Shown here piece by piece: positions 12,831 to 29,453 of a DNA stretch of 64,000 nt. The stretch is from NCBI RefSeq assembly GCF_009914755.1, contig NC_060935.1; one strand, written 5' to 3'. The notes beneath the pieces are model-generated. The model was given only the letters and a program-made list of their open reading frames with translations, ran no database searches and was not told the origin of the DNA. Source of the DNA: the human T2T-CHM13v2.0 reference genome, Homo sapiens. The position numbers and the translations under genes were made by a program. Within the stretch, counting starts at the first letter, position 1. The number at the start of each line of letters is the position of its first letter.

Positions 12831-13714
12831 TTAGTGGTATTCAGATAACAGAGAGGTGGTATTCAGATACCAGAGAGGGAAGCTTATTTCAGAGACTACA
12901 TCATGGGACTGTTTATACTTTTTCCTTCCCAGTGTGCCAAACACCATCCTGGGCACTTGGTTATAAAGATGCGCTAACTCACCTCCCCTTCCCCTTTCAC
13001 AGCACAAGCTCAGGCCAGGAACAGTCCTGTTTCCTTCCCAGTGGCATAGACTGCCAAGCGCTTACTGCTGTGGAGATGGGGGTCATTCTGGGTGCCTCTG
13101 ACTTGGGTTGTGCTGGGAATGGAAGTCGGGTGGCCACAGGACGAAAACAACAGACTAGCCCAGGGCTGGAAACCTGTCAACAGGAATGTGAAAACGAGAT
13201 CTTGGTTGAATAGCTATGGCAAATATTCTTGGAACATTCTTCCTCTGTTCTTAGGGTGAGGAGGAGGAGATCTCACCCCAATTGTGGGGGTGGAAAAATC
13301 TGCTTTTCATTAGGGGTACACTGTGTGTGGAGGGACCAGCCCTTCCAGACAGCTCAGTGATCACAGCCTGGGTGCTCACTGGCTGAGGTCAGCTCTTCCC
13401 AGCACCCAGAACCAGGCTCCAGGCATTGGACAGGGCTGCTAATAGCCAACAGAAACATGAGGTCTCTCTACCCTTCTATCCTACTCAAAAGCATTTTTCT
13501 CATTCTATTCTTCGTAAGCAGAAGGGGACCAATCCTCTTCATCATAGCTTTCCTTTATTGAACACCTGTTCACCAAACACCAGACTATGAAGCCACACTG
13601 TCTCTAAGCAATCTTCATATTCTAATCTTTACCCCCTTTCTTTTGCCTGCTATCTTGCCTAATCATTCACTGAGAAAATAAATCCCACCAGGCAAGTGCA
13701 TTTCGCTCAATGCA

Positions 13715-14500
<786 letters not shown>

Positions 14501-15829
14501 CCATAGGCAGGAACATTCATATTACCTTATTTAGTCCACACACAATCATATTGTCAGGTAGGAATTATTGTTATCCCATTTTTCTGATGAGAAAATTGAG
14601 TATTATAGGACTTAAAAAAATAGATTCTTAAAGCTGAGCTATTTTGGCATTCTACCTACTTTAAGCTCTGCCAGAGATTTGAATTCTCAAACCTCTTTTT
14701 CTTTCCTAATAGCAGAGCTGAGTAAGCTTTAATGGGTTAGCCAGATCTGTCTTTAAAGTAAATCAAAGGTTTTCAATTTCATTTTTGAAAAACTTAATTA
14801 ATGAGAAGCACATTTATTTCAAAGAGCCAACACTAAATAAAACAAGCCTATGGCCTGCTGGAGCTTGACAGCTGGCAGCTTTGGAGAAGGAGTGAGGGGC
14901 CTCTGGGAACTGCATCGTGGCTTGGTAGTGTGAACAGAGCATCACTGGGGTCAGCTCTGTGTCTGCTCAAGGCTGCCTGAGGTCTCGCTGAGGCATGTGA
15001 GCATTTCTGCCAGTGTCCCTGCCTGGCAGCACTGTTCTAGAGTTCCTGGAGCTGTGTCAGCCACCACTATGAGCCCCTTTGTCCTAAAATCTGCTTTGGT
15101 ATCCCTCTTCACTGTACACTTGAGGATTTGATGTCCCTCTTCACTGTATACTCAGCATTCTGTGCCTGCATCCATCATGGCAGAAATGCAATAGAAATTT
15201 AAGGAATGAATGAGTGAAAAGACATATAGCAACGCAGATGTCCTTAATGGAATGGGGTAGTGGGAAGAATGTGCAGTCAGTTGTCTGTTAGACCTAGAAT
15301 TACACCCCTATGTGCTACTCACAAGATGTGTGATTTTAAAGAACCAAATGAGGTCTGAGCTTCAGTCTTCTCCTCTATAAAATGGGATTTGTATTACCTT
15401 CCTTAAAGGGTTGTTGTGGCTATTCAAAGAAATAGCATTGCTTAATGACTATCATTTCCTTTCTACCTGATATTTTGAAAAGAAACTACTCTGTTTTTGC
15501 TTAAAATGTTTTGGGTAATCAGCAGGATTAAATATTGGGATAGATGAACCATGGCTTTGAAGCAGGATGAGGATATAAACTAAGATTCAGTACAGGAAAT
15601 ATAAATCACTTTGGGTAATTCAAGAAGAAAGGGATTTGATGCAGAGAATTGATAAATATAAAATTGTCGAAAGGTATGGAAGAGTGAATGTTGAGGGCCA
15701 CCGCTGGACTTTTGAGTTCAAGGACATTCAGTCCACCATGGCTACAGCCCATGTCAGGAGGCTGCTGCTGCTGCTGCCGTCACACATGTCGCCACAACTG
15801 CCTGGTACTCTTCAGTCTCTGTAACCTTG

Positions 15830-16325
15830 TGTGTTCATGTTCTATTGCTGCATGACAATTTTACCACAAGCTTAGCAGCTGAAAACAATACATACTTATT
15901 ATCTCACCATTTCTACGGGTTAGGAGTCTAGGCACAGCTGAGATGGATTCCCTGATTCAGGATCTTATGAAGCTGCAATCAAGGTGTCAACTGGGGCTGC
16001 AGTCTCAGCTGAGTCTCAATTGGAGCAGGATCTGCCTCCAAGCTCATATGGCTGCTGCTGGTGCATTCAGTTCCCTGCAAGATGTCAGAGTAAGGGTATC
16101 AGTTTCTTGCTGGTTATTAGCCAGAGGTCACCCTCAACTTCTTGCCACATAGTTACTTGGTACCTCAAAGCCAGCAAGGAAGACAGCATCTCCTAGCAAG
16201 ATGGATGTTATAATCTTATACCACATAATCTTATAACACAATTCCATCACCTTTCCATATTCTGTTGGTTAGAAGCAAGTCAAAGTCCTGCCCACACTGC
16301 AGAGAAGAGGAGAATCATGGGGAAG
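15830..16325 (-). mobile_element. MaLR LTR (MLT1E/F/G group)
   Basis: tctattgctgcatgacaa..taccacaagcttagcagc...aagctgcaatcaaggtgtc...gttagaagcaagtca..gtcctgcccacact. Confidence 0.75.
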
Positions 16326-16639
16326 GTAGAATCAATGTTGAGGGAATTAATTCAAAATATCAACACCAATGTCATTTATTTATGAATAATGATATTGAAT
16401 ATCTGCTCTAGTGGCCAATCTTATTAAAATGATGATGTAACATGCATTGAAAACTTACTGTGTAGGTGTCAATGTTGCAAAACAGTTAAGAGCATAGGCT
16501 TATAGTCATATTACCTGGGTTGAATTCAGATTCTATCTGAAACCTCTCATCTGTAAAGTGAGCATGATAATAGGACCTAGGTCGTAAAGTGCCTCTGAAA
16601 GAGTCAGCACTCAATGAAGTCTAGGTAGCAACATTATGA

Positions 16640-16845
16640 TGGGCCAAACAATTCCCTAAGTGTTTTACACACATCGTCTTATTCAGTCTTCAAAATAAGC
16701 TCACAAAGTAGCTGTTGTTATTATCCCCATTTTACAGATGAGGAAACGGAGTTTTAAGGAAGTTATGTAACTTCCCAAAGTTAGCAAAGCCACTTATTGG
16801 CAGAGTTCATGGCTCTTAGTTATTAAGCTAAACTGCCTCCTCTTT
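16640..16845 (-). mobile_element. MIR SINE
   Basis: ttatccccattttacagatgaggaaacggag. Confidence 0.75.
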
Positions 16846-18650
16846 ATCCTTTGAAGATAAATTTTATTTTCTGTACATGGCCATAGTTGTTTTTGTTCAT
16901 TATATTAACAAAAATAATAATCTCTTAAAATTATATAGAGCTTTACAATTTACAAAGTGCTTTTTCACTCCAGCCTTCCAATAGAATGATGTAATATGTA
17001 TTTGTTGTATTGTTTGAGAATATGCAATTATGCTGTGGAAGAGGAGAATACAAATTAGATCCATAAAATTCATAAAATATGTTAGAAACAATGGCATGGG
17101 CGTATTTAACATAGAAAGTGATAGAGGGACCAAAAGACACCTAATATTCATAAGACACTGAATATTCACTGTGCACTAAATATAAATGTGCATATAAATG
17201 CACAGTGTACTAAATATAAATATATATATTTATTATATGTAATAAATTTGTATATTATATATAAATGATACCTAAGTATATATGAGATATATGAGGCACT
17301 AAATATTCTGGATGCAGTAAATATACATGAGCAATCAATGTTCACAAGGCCTTAATTCTGCCATAAATTAAGGGCATCCTTTCTCACTCCATGTTCTTTG
17401 CCCAAGAAACACAAACGAAACTCATGGCTGCTCAGCAGGCTAAGCAAGCTACAGCTGTTGTTCAGATGTACCTGTCCCTGTGTCTCTCCAACAGTGCAAG
17501 CATGGGTCCTTGGCCAGGGCAATTTCTGTCTGTGGGCCCCTTTGTTCAAACCTCAACTTTTGTCCTGTAACCAAACCATCAGTGGGGAAGGCTGATGTGG
17601 CAGATGGGGAGAGAGGACATATGAACTGCTTACCCCAGGACTTGGGTAGTATGGTCCTTCTATGCTGATCACACCCTATATCAGAGTGCTAATATGCCCC
17701 ATGTCTTTCCTCTTGCTTGTCACTGTGTGTTTCAAATTGATGTTATAACGTGTATGATTTGAGCATTTTAATTTGGTTACTGAGCCTTTCTGTTCTGTGA
17801 CCCTTGATAGGAAGTACCAGCTTGACCTTGGAGACTACCATTGCATCAAGGTAATCTTCCACTTGACAAATGATGAGAGGTAGGTAAGGCTCATGATCCC
17901 CTCTTTAAAGAAAAGGAAATTAAGAAATATAAAAGGTATGTGACTTCTCCAAGGTCACACAGCATTTAGGTGAATTAATTGGGATTCACACACAGGTTTC
18001 TCCAACTTCAAGCCTAATTTTTTTTTTTTTCTAAACAAGCTCCTCATGCCACCCCCTACACCAAAAAAAAAAAAAAAAAAAAAAGATATCAGGGGATATT
18101 ATTTTAAAAATTGAGTTGGATATTTCTTGTAAGGCTGTAAAGACAGGGTGCAAAGAAGAATCCAAGGCTGTTGTGAGCAGTGGTGTCCAAGCAAAATAGG
18201 CCATCTTTTTTGCAAAGGCCTGGTTTTGATGGAGCCACACTCACTTGGCATGCCCATGCTGGGCACGTCCTTAACAGGGCCTCCTTGTTCCAGATTACAG
18301 TCACCCTTCATCTGTTCCTCATTGATTCTGTAAACACAGGCTCCTTATGGGCAAGGCCCCTAGCCAACAGACACGTTGAGGTTCTGATGCTGTTAGGGAT
18401 TAGGTCCAGGAAAAGGGGAGGCTTGATCCGGAAAGGGTTCAGATGTCTTCAGGTCCTTTCTAAAGCTGGATTCCTTGCCAGACAATATCAGCCTTGGAGA
18501 TTTGGTCTGTATGTTTGCTCTGGCTCTTTTAACTGTTAACTTTTGGATCAACTCTAGGTTGGCTTAGATATGAAAATTGCTTTCCCCAAATTAATAGTTA
18601 ACTTGAATAAGCACTTTTTGGTCGTCCTTCCATTCTCTTTCTCGCTACAT

Positions 18651-18944
<294 letters not shown>

Positions 18945-20544
18945 CTTTCTTGCTACTTTTGAAATCATGTGCAAATAAATGTTGCTCACCAGAAGGATGT
19001 GCAGGCTGTGGCCCAGGCCTTTTAGAGAGGGAAGTTTCTCTGGGAGGGCAGGACTGAGATCTTCATTTTATCCATGTCAATTCACAAGCTCCTGTGGGAA
19101 ACATTAGTCTTCTCAGGTGAAGAAATGGGTAAGCCTCAATGGAATCTTGCAATAATTTTCAGACATCGCTAGGCCCCCAAAATGTGTAATTTTTCTGCAG
19201 ATTTTCACTGGCTTTGCTCTTGTTTCTATTTTATCCTATGTATCTTCCTTCAATTACTCACAAAATCATTAGGCTAGAAAAGTATCACAGTAATTATAAC
19301 TCATGGTTATGGAGAACTCTAGCTAGTAACAGGGAAGATGGACACAATACAATCCTGTATTTGTTTTTTTTTTTAAATATGGTGTTTTGTGCATATGTGT
19401 GTGTGTGTACAGGCACACATATAAACAAGAGAAAATTCTGAAAGAAGAAACAACAGAATGCTGAAACATACTTATGGAGGAATTGTGGGTAATTTTACTT
19501 GATTTTTCTTTATAACTCTGTATTGCCTAAATTATTACAATCATCTTTCATTACTTCCCCCCCCAACATACCTTTTTAAAAGCTACTCTATTTCTATTTT
19601 GAATGGAAATAACAATACTTGACAAAGTCTTTGCTGTTACCAAGGACCTTTATAAAAGCTAAATAATCTTAGCTGAGCTCATAATGTCCCTGGGAAGTTG
19701 GTATCATCTTTATATTCGTTTTATAGATGGCTCAGAGCAACTGTCGTGTGTGAAGTCACAGCTACTAAATGGCAAGATTGAGATGCAAATAGGTATTTTT
19801 GATGTCAAAGGCCATGTCTTTTCCACTCTGACATAGCTGCTCTCTGTAAGAACTTTCAGCATTGTGTCCTCAGTTTCAATTAACAATTACTCTATGGCAT
19901 GGTGTTCCAGGGGGTTCAAGGATGAAAATTCTGCCTTCCAAGAACTCACAATCCAGAGGAGGGGTTCTCAACACCAGTTGCTCACTAGATTCTCTCTAGG
20001 GAGGTTTTTCAACTCCTAGTGCCTGGCTCACACCTCAGTGTTTTCTTAAAACTTCCCAGATGATCCAGTGAGCAGCCAAGATGAGAACAACTGATCTGCT
20101 GTGGAAATGGCACATCTATAAATGCACAGATCCTGTGAAAGACAATATACACTCAATTATGACAATTCACTGCTTTGTTTCCAGTAATTGCTTCTGGCAT
20201 TTTATGGGTCTTGGTATGTGGATCTCTTTGCATGGATGTCATGAGAATTTAAGAACATAAACAGCATTTAGAGTCTATCTTTGAAATTAGCTGGAAATAA
20301 CTTTTTCTTCCTCTCACTACATATGTAGTTAGGCAGGACCATGTAGCAAAGACAACTCTAAACATGGGACTCTGAAGACTTAGGTCCAGCAGTGGCTCAA
20401 GCTGTAAGATTTGGGACAAGTTGCCTCCCCTCTCTGGCTCTCAGTTTCTTCCTCTGTAAAATAGAAGAATAAAATTAGATGCTGCCCCAAGGTCTCCCCA
20501 GCTCATATTTCCTATGATTCTATACATTATATAACTCTAGATTG

Positions 20545-22527
<1,983 letters not shown>

Positions 22528-22568
22528 TAAAAAGCAAGTGGTTAGTCTCAGATAAGAAATTTAAAACC

Positions 22569-22867
<299 letters not shown>

Positions 22868-22882
22868 AAGAAATTTAAAACC

Positions 22883-23420
22883 TGTATATTTCAATTATCT
22901 ATTGCTACATGACAAATCATCCCAAAACTTAGTGGCTTAAAACAAAAATGGTTTATTTTTTCAATTATGTAGATTGACTGGAGATTCTTCTGCAGATCTT
23001 CCCTGGGCTCTCAAGTGCAGATGCAGGCAGAGGGAGCTCAACTGAAGTTGGGACACCCAAGAGCGTCTTGCTCAATTGGTAATTGGTGCTAGCTATTGGC
23101 TGGAAAGCCTTGGCTCTGCTCCACATGACTTCTCATATGCCAGGAGGATACACTGGACTTCTTTATAACATGGTGGACTCAGCATCTCAGGAGGGTGAGA
23201 GTTGAAGCTTGCAAAACCTTTTGAGGTCTCATTTCCAGAACTCCTGCAATGTCTCTACTACAATATTCTGTTAGTCAATGTAAGTCACAGGATCATCCCA
23301 ATTTCAAGAGGGTGGACCAGTAGACCACATCTTGATGAGAGAGGCAGCAATGTCATGTTGCAAAAGGATGTGGACAAAGGGAAGCATGATTCATGGGTGG
23401 CCCTTATTATAATTCTCCAT
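22883..23420 (-). mobile_element. MaLR LTR (MLT1G/H group)
   Basis: tatctattgctacatgacaaatcatcccaaaacttagtggcttaaaacaa...aagtcacagg...ccacatcttgatgagagaggcagca. Confidence 0.75.
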
Positions 23421-23444
23421 ATTATTTTTGCCTGGAAATGGCAT

Positions 23445-23670
23445 ATGATATAGTGGTTAAGAGTACAGTCTTTGAATTCAAATAGTCTAGTTTCAAATCT
23501 TGCCAGTCACATTTACTAGCCTTATCATGCTGGGCAAGGGGCTTAAATCACTCTTTGCCTGTCTCCTCATGGGTAAATTGAGGAGGATATTAATAGTGAC
23601 CTCCTCATAGGGTGGCTATGATAATTAAGGGTGATCAGTCATCAAAGCCCTGGCACAGAGTGAATGTGTC
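23445..23670 (+). mobile_element. MIR SINE
   Basis: tagtggttaagagtacag...gggcaag...cctcatagggtggctatga. Confidence 0.7.
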
Positions 23671-24344
23671 CTAAAAGCTCTCTGCTCTTCGTACTGATCC
23701 TGCTTTTCTGCAGGAGGTGAGGGAGCCACTTCATCCCTCAACTAAGGGCAACAACTTTTGTCTCCCTCCTTCTCCACATCAGCATCAGTTACCCTAACTG
23801 TGACCACTTAAGGGTTTGAACATGGAGTCCCTTAACCTTCTGTTGTAGACTCCGTGGGTTAAAGTTCAGTTGAACTGATTATCATTTTGCTCATTCACAT
23901 ACACAGCATCTCTTCAGTGAAAGGCCCAGTTTTGGGCACCGATCTTAAAACAAGGAATGTGACTTACAGCCTCAGTGGGAGGAGTGTGCTTCTGGCATGA
24001 ATGGCCCCTGTTGTGCCTTGGTAGGCCCTGGCTCCTGAATGCCTAGTTGAGCATGGTTCCAGGTGAGAGCAGCCCTCCACACCTGGGAACCCAACCCCAC
24101 CTACATACAGCATGCCACCACTTCCTGGTCTTTTCTCCTATCTGGGCTTATGGAACTGAGGGCTAGAGGGGACCTCAGCCCTCAGTTGCTGAGGTCGCTG
24201 CTGTGGTCCAATCTGCTGTTAAGTGCCTGAGGTGCACAGACTCCCTAGGTCAAGACTTACCTGTGACTTGACCTGTGACTTGACCATATGTTCTCTGGAA
24301 TATATGACCTAAGCTTTCTCCAAGGCAATTAAACCATACTCAGC

Positions 24345-24625
24345 AGTGTGTCTCAAGGCTTTGGAGTCAGGAAGACATGGGTTCAAATCCCTATGTTGAC
24401 ACCTATAGCATCATGACTTAGGGCAAGCGGATATCCTCACTGAGCCTCTCAGTTGTTTCCTCTGTAAAATGGGATAGTCTTTTTTTTCCTTTGCAGGGTT
24501 GCTGTCAAGATTAGAAGTAAGTATATAAAGCACAGAGTATGAATATGAGGAGGATTAAATTACATAATTTGCACAAAGTGTCCAAGAATGCATGTAAATA
24601 GTAAGCCCTCAAGGAAATGTTACTT
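24345..24625 (+). mobile_element. MIR SINE
   Basis: ctttggagtcag...gggttcaaatcc...tttcctctgtaaaatggga. Confidence 0.7.
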
Positions 24626-24875
24626 CGCTTTCAGTATCATGGTGAATCTAAGCCTGAGGATTTTCATTAATTAATTAATTCATTCATTCAACAAACCACT
24701 GCCAATCCTGTGGGAAATGAAAAATGTATATCGAGTTCCAAACTGTTTGCTCCATGAAGATAGGGGTCCTGCTTTTTGTCCCTCACTCTTTAGAAAGTTC
24801 TAGTACAATGCCTGGAACACAGTAAGTACAGAATAAATGTCTGTTAAAGAAAAGATAACATAGTCTCTGCCATAA

Positions 24876-25180
<305 letters not shown>

Positions 25181-25409
25181 CTAAGTTTGGATTTGAAGAA
25201 AAGATGAGGAATATACACAAATAACTATAATTTCTGATGGATTGATTCAAGTGATCAGAGAGGTACAAGAGTTATGGAAGCAATTATGCCCTACTAGGGG
25301 CTGAGACAAAGCTTCAAAGGAGAGATGCATTTACAATGAGCTTAGAGAAATGGATGGGGCCTCAAAGTGCAATATGGTAAGAAGATTGAGAATAGAGGGA
25401 GCAAAGCTT

Positions 25410-26790
25410 AACCCATGGCTGAAAATGAAGCTGAAAATCAGAAATGAAACTCTAAGTGTCTCTTTCTCTGTCTGCATGTTTATATGTCTGTAATTCAGAG
25501 ATGCCTCAAAAACCTCTCATTATGCGAGTATGTAGTATTTTCCTACCTCTGGCAGTATTACCCAAATTAAATTATAAAATTCCTTAAAGGAGCTGATTGT
25601 ACTCTGATTGAATTTAAGATGAGTAAGCTCATATATAAATAAAACATTCCTAACATGCTCTGAAACAAAGGAAAATGAGCCTTGAATATTTTCAATGTGA
25701 AAAAATAGGTATTCTTATAGAAACTAACTCAAAAACTTTTTTTTAGTTATGTTTATATGATGTAGGTAAATCTTAGGCAAACAAAACTAGTTGAATAATT
25801 TTAGTTTAATAAAAACAGCTTTGTTTTCTCTGAGTTAGAATTAAGTATAAGTATACATTTGTATTCTACTTGAGTAAGGTTTTCCTAAATTTATCTAGGT
25901 TTACTGATAAAATAAGCTAGCATTACTCCTACTAAATATTTAAGATTTATGAAAAATATAAATTTGTATTTAACCACATCAAATCATTATTCTGACAAAC
26001 TTTATGTCAACTGTAATTATGATTTTTAGTGTTTAGCTAGAAGATAATTTCCAAGATGTTTAGGTAACTTAAAACCTTGGACTAACACTAAATTAATGAA
26101 TGGATGTTTAATAGATACATAGATCATTTATAAAAAGAATACTGAAAGAATGTTACTAAGTATAATTTAACTTTATATACGTTTGCCTCTTATTTTTATA
26201 CACTGAAGAGAAGCTATATATGTTTGGATTGTTAACAAATGTGCTTATTTCTTGCCACTTTGAAAATTATGCTATAAAGGACATGTAATAAGTATAGAAT
26301 GCTGTGGAAGGGTTGTGAAAAGGAGATTTTATTTATCATGGCCAAAGCTGGCTAAGGTTTGATCAGTTTATTTATGAGATTTTCATGGTCTTTGAGCTAT
26401 TTTTACACCTCTCTGTAAATTGTAGGTGATGGATATGCGAACTTTGTCTTTTCTGGTAGAGATTAACTGACTTCCTACCTCCCTGTGGAAAACCCGGGTT
26501 GGTACCTACTTGCAAGTTGGACTGAATCCTGTTACCTTGCCCAAATTTTCACTTCTTCCAGATTCCTTCGATATGTGGCTACAACTTTCCAAATTAACTT
26601 TTTTGGTTTATCGCCCGCTGCCCCAATGGCATTCCTGAGGACCAAAACCCCTCTATGTCCCTATTGGGACCTTAGGTTGCCATGCAGTTGGCCATTTTTC
26701 CTAGGATTTGACAAAGGCCTGCAAACCGAAGCTGGACAACTTGATATAAATCTGGAAGGACTCACCATCACTGCAGACCATGCATGAGAA
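25410..26790 (+). mobile_element. ERV1 (MER4/MER31/MER34-group) non-coding internal fragment, no LTRs seen
   Basis: AT-rich stretch with tctgtctgcatgtttatatgtctg, ggtaaatcttaggcaaacaaaactag, aaagctggctaag, gctggacaacttgatataaa typical of these internals; family not resolved. Confidence 0.6.
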
Positions 26791-27511
26791 GGAATGATGT
26801 TCCTTGTGCCCAGGAAGCTAGGGAGACGTATGAGAAGAAAGGATGGCCTGTTATGTGTAGGCAAGTATGCCTTTAGAGAGCCTCCCAGTTTCCTGCCTGT
26901 AACTCAGTGCACCACTGAACTTGCTGAATCATTCCTGAGAGATCAAAACTGGCACAGATGTAGGAATGAAACCCACAGGCTCTAAAGGAGATTTCAGATA
27001 TGAATGGAGAATAATTTAGAAACCTGAGTGGGCAGGCAATTGAGGGCCCAAAGAACCACTGGACATCTCAACAGATTCCAGCTCAGGGACATAAACTCAT
27101 AGATCAAATGCACTATCGACTCTCACTTAACACTTAGAAGCACCTCTTGGGAAAAGCAGACATGACCAAATGGACATGCTCTGTTTTAGCTCTGTTTTGA
27201 CTTACCACCAGATAGGATGATAGCTCAAAACAGAAATTACATACAGTTATAGAAAAGAAAGATATTTGTAGATTATTTGAACCCATTATACATGTTAAGT
27301 CGCTACCCTTCAATTGGATGCAAAAGCAAAACACAATACAACCCCAAATCTTTACACTACAGTGATCAAGGCTGGGGGATGTAAGAGATACAGCAATCAG
27401 TGTGCAGAGTGAGAACAGAATTGCCTGGGCTTGAGGCTCTAGTGACCTAATGTGAGCCTGTGTTGGTAGAGTCCTGGTGGCCACAGCTAGTGCAGTTCTG
27501 ACTCTGGGGAG

Positions 27512-27536
27512 AGGTCAGGTGACCTGACCTTGACCT
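27512..27536. promoter_or_regulatory. Composite nuclear-receptor response element
   Basis: AGGTCA gg TGACCT GACCT TGACCT: four perfect half-sites giving DR5, DR0, IR2 and a TGACCTTGA ERR/NR5A site. Confidence 0.5.
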
Positions 27537-27589
27537 TCACGTTTATGACAATTTGAGATGTCACATCAATTTTTCTAACTGGGAAGCAG

Positions 27590-27930
27590 AAAAGTGATAC
27601 AGGGCTGTATTAGTGCAATCTTTCTCATGCAATATGAAAATAAGCAAGAATTCGGGAAAAGTTTTGTTACTTGTGACTTATTTCTTGTGTATGAGACCAC
27701 ACTGCTTCAGAGTGAAGCCTTCCTGTTTCTCACTATATCTTCCAACCTATCCGTTTCCTTCTTCTTTCATGAAATACTTTTGGGTACTTCCCTAGCATCT
27801 CAAGGGATCATCTGGAAGGAAATTCCCAGCCCCCCCCCTTTTTTTTTTTTCTGTGTGAGGGAGTGGGGGCAGGTGAGGAGGAGGGACACAGGGACACAGC
27901 TGGCTATTGGTCAAAGTTAAAACCAACATT
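27590..27930. promoter_or_regulatory. Promoter/enhancer-like motif cluster
   Basis: ctcatgcaat (C/EBP-like), ttcgggaa (STAT-like), ggaaattccc (NF-kB, 27818-27827), G-rich boxes, attgg (CCAAT). Confidence 0.35.
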
Positions 27931-29236
27931 CCTGACAGTGGAGTTCTGAGCTCTGCACAAGCTCTTCAGGATGTGTTCCTGGACTAAGTGCCAAGGACTA
28001 CTCCTGGGACTAAGAAAACTCCAGTGGGCTGTCCTCATCACATCAGACTCCCATGGATGTCATGTATCTTATCTAAAGCCAGAGCAAGGCACATGGGATC
28101 AGGACCCACAGAGGCACGAAGGACACTTCCATCCCTTCCTCTCCCTCTTCTCCAACAGTCCACACCAAGTCCCACTTGAAGGAAAAGACATACCAGATGA
28201 CTGGGGTATTCAAAAGAGGTTTAGATCGTAGGAGAAGGTAACTCAGCCTCCTCCAACTTAGAAAATGTCTACAGAAAGCCTGACAAGGGAGAAAGAACCA
28301 AAAGAAGGCCAGAAAGATACCTAATGGATTCTTCTTTCTCCATAGTGACCTGATGGAGACAGCCATTCCACTCAGCCTCATCCAAGGACATGGGGACACA
28401 ACAAGGGACCTCACGAGATCGCTTTACAGACCAGTGAGATACAAAGTCCTCTTCCAAAACCCTTCAGGTCACTTAGACACAGAATCTATACCAAAGTCCC
28501 CACAATTCAGACCCCTAATCTCCTTTCCCAGCGGCCTCTGGTCTTTCCACCAAAGGATATTTCAAAAAGTGTACCCATAACTCTCTCCAAACTCCATGAG
28601 GGAGGGTTTTGAAGATGGCTTTCTAGAGTGCTGGTCTTCAAACTGAGCTCCTTCAGTCTCTAGAGGTCACAAGAGAAACCTCAGTGTCTCCACGTAAGCA
28701 ATGGGGAGGCCAAACGGGATGGATAGGCTCCTGATCCCCAGTCCCAAGTCAACCACAGCAGTCTATCTGTTTTATATTTTGGGCTTTTGGGTAAAATTTT
28801 ATCTGCAAAAAGCCTCCAATGCCAGAAAAACTATTTTTAAACCTTTGAGCTGGAGGATGCATCTCAGTATCCCTATTGCATCCTCACACTCAGGCAGACT
28901 TTGAGGGAGGTGGTACATGGCAGAGGGTGGGAATGGGCACTGGGCACACAAGTTCCAGGTACCTCACTAACATTATTAAAGGTCCGGATAAGGATATAGC
29001 CTGTCTCAGTTTATAGCAACTATGAAGAAATGGTTGTCTTGATAAAAAAAATTTACTGTTACCTTCTCCCAGTAAAATAAAACTCAGACCTTCCAAAATT
29101 TGGCCTGGAAGGAGAATCTCCAGGTAAAGAATGTGAATTAGACCTAGAAACACTTTTTTCTGTTCCTCTGGGTTCCATGTATCATTTTCCTCTTTGGATT
29201 TTCTCAATTGCTCAGTGTTTCTACTCTGCAGCATTC

Positions 29237-29453
29237 CCCCACTATGCCTGACAGGAGAAGTGCTGTTCCTCAGCATCTATCTGTCTTCAAACATCTTTCC
29301 ATTTCCTCCTAAAATGGCAACAAGTCACCTCCACAGATTCCTCAGCTGAGATAAGATTGGAATTTTCAAGAAACAATTACATATTAAGGGGAAGTAAAAT
29401 GGAGGGGGAGTACAAATCATTTAAATGATGCAACTTTCAAGCACATGGCTCTG
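29237..29453. repeat. Diverged local duplication, copy 1
   Basis: Shares caggaga.gtgctg.tcctc, cttcaaacat, aaaatggcaaca, cacagattc, tggaattttcaa, aaatcatttaaatgatgc, ggctctga with 30517-30724. Confidence 0.85.

Noticed and set aside
15102-15152. Short direct repeats (also 24259-24285, 29432-29497, 46386-46420)
   Set aside because: Ordinary small tandem duplications with no associated element
29165-29200. Chromodomain-like ENDTWNPEE peptide in ORF 28890-29276
   Set aside because: Upstream aromatic cage and KWKG motif absent; short chance similarity
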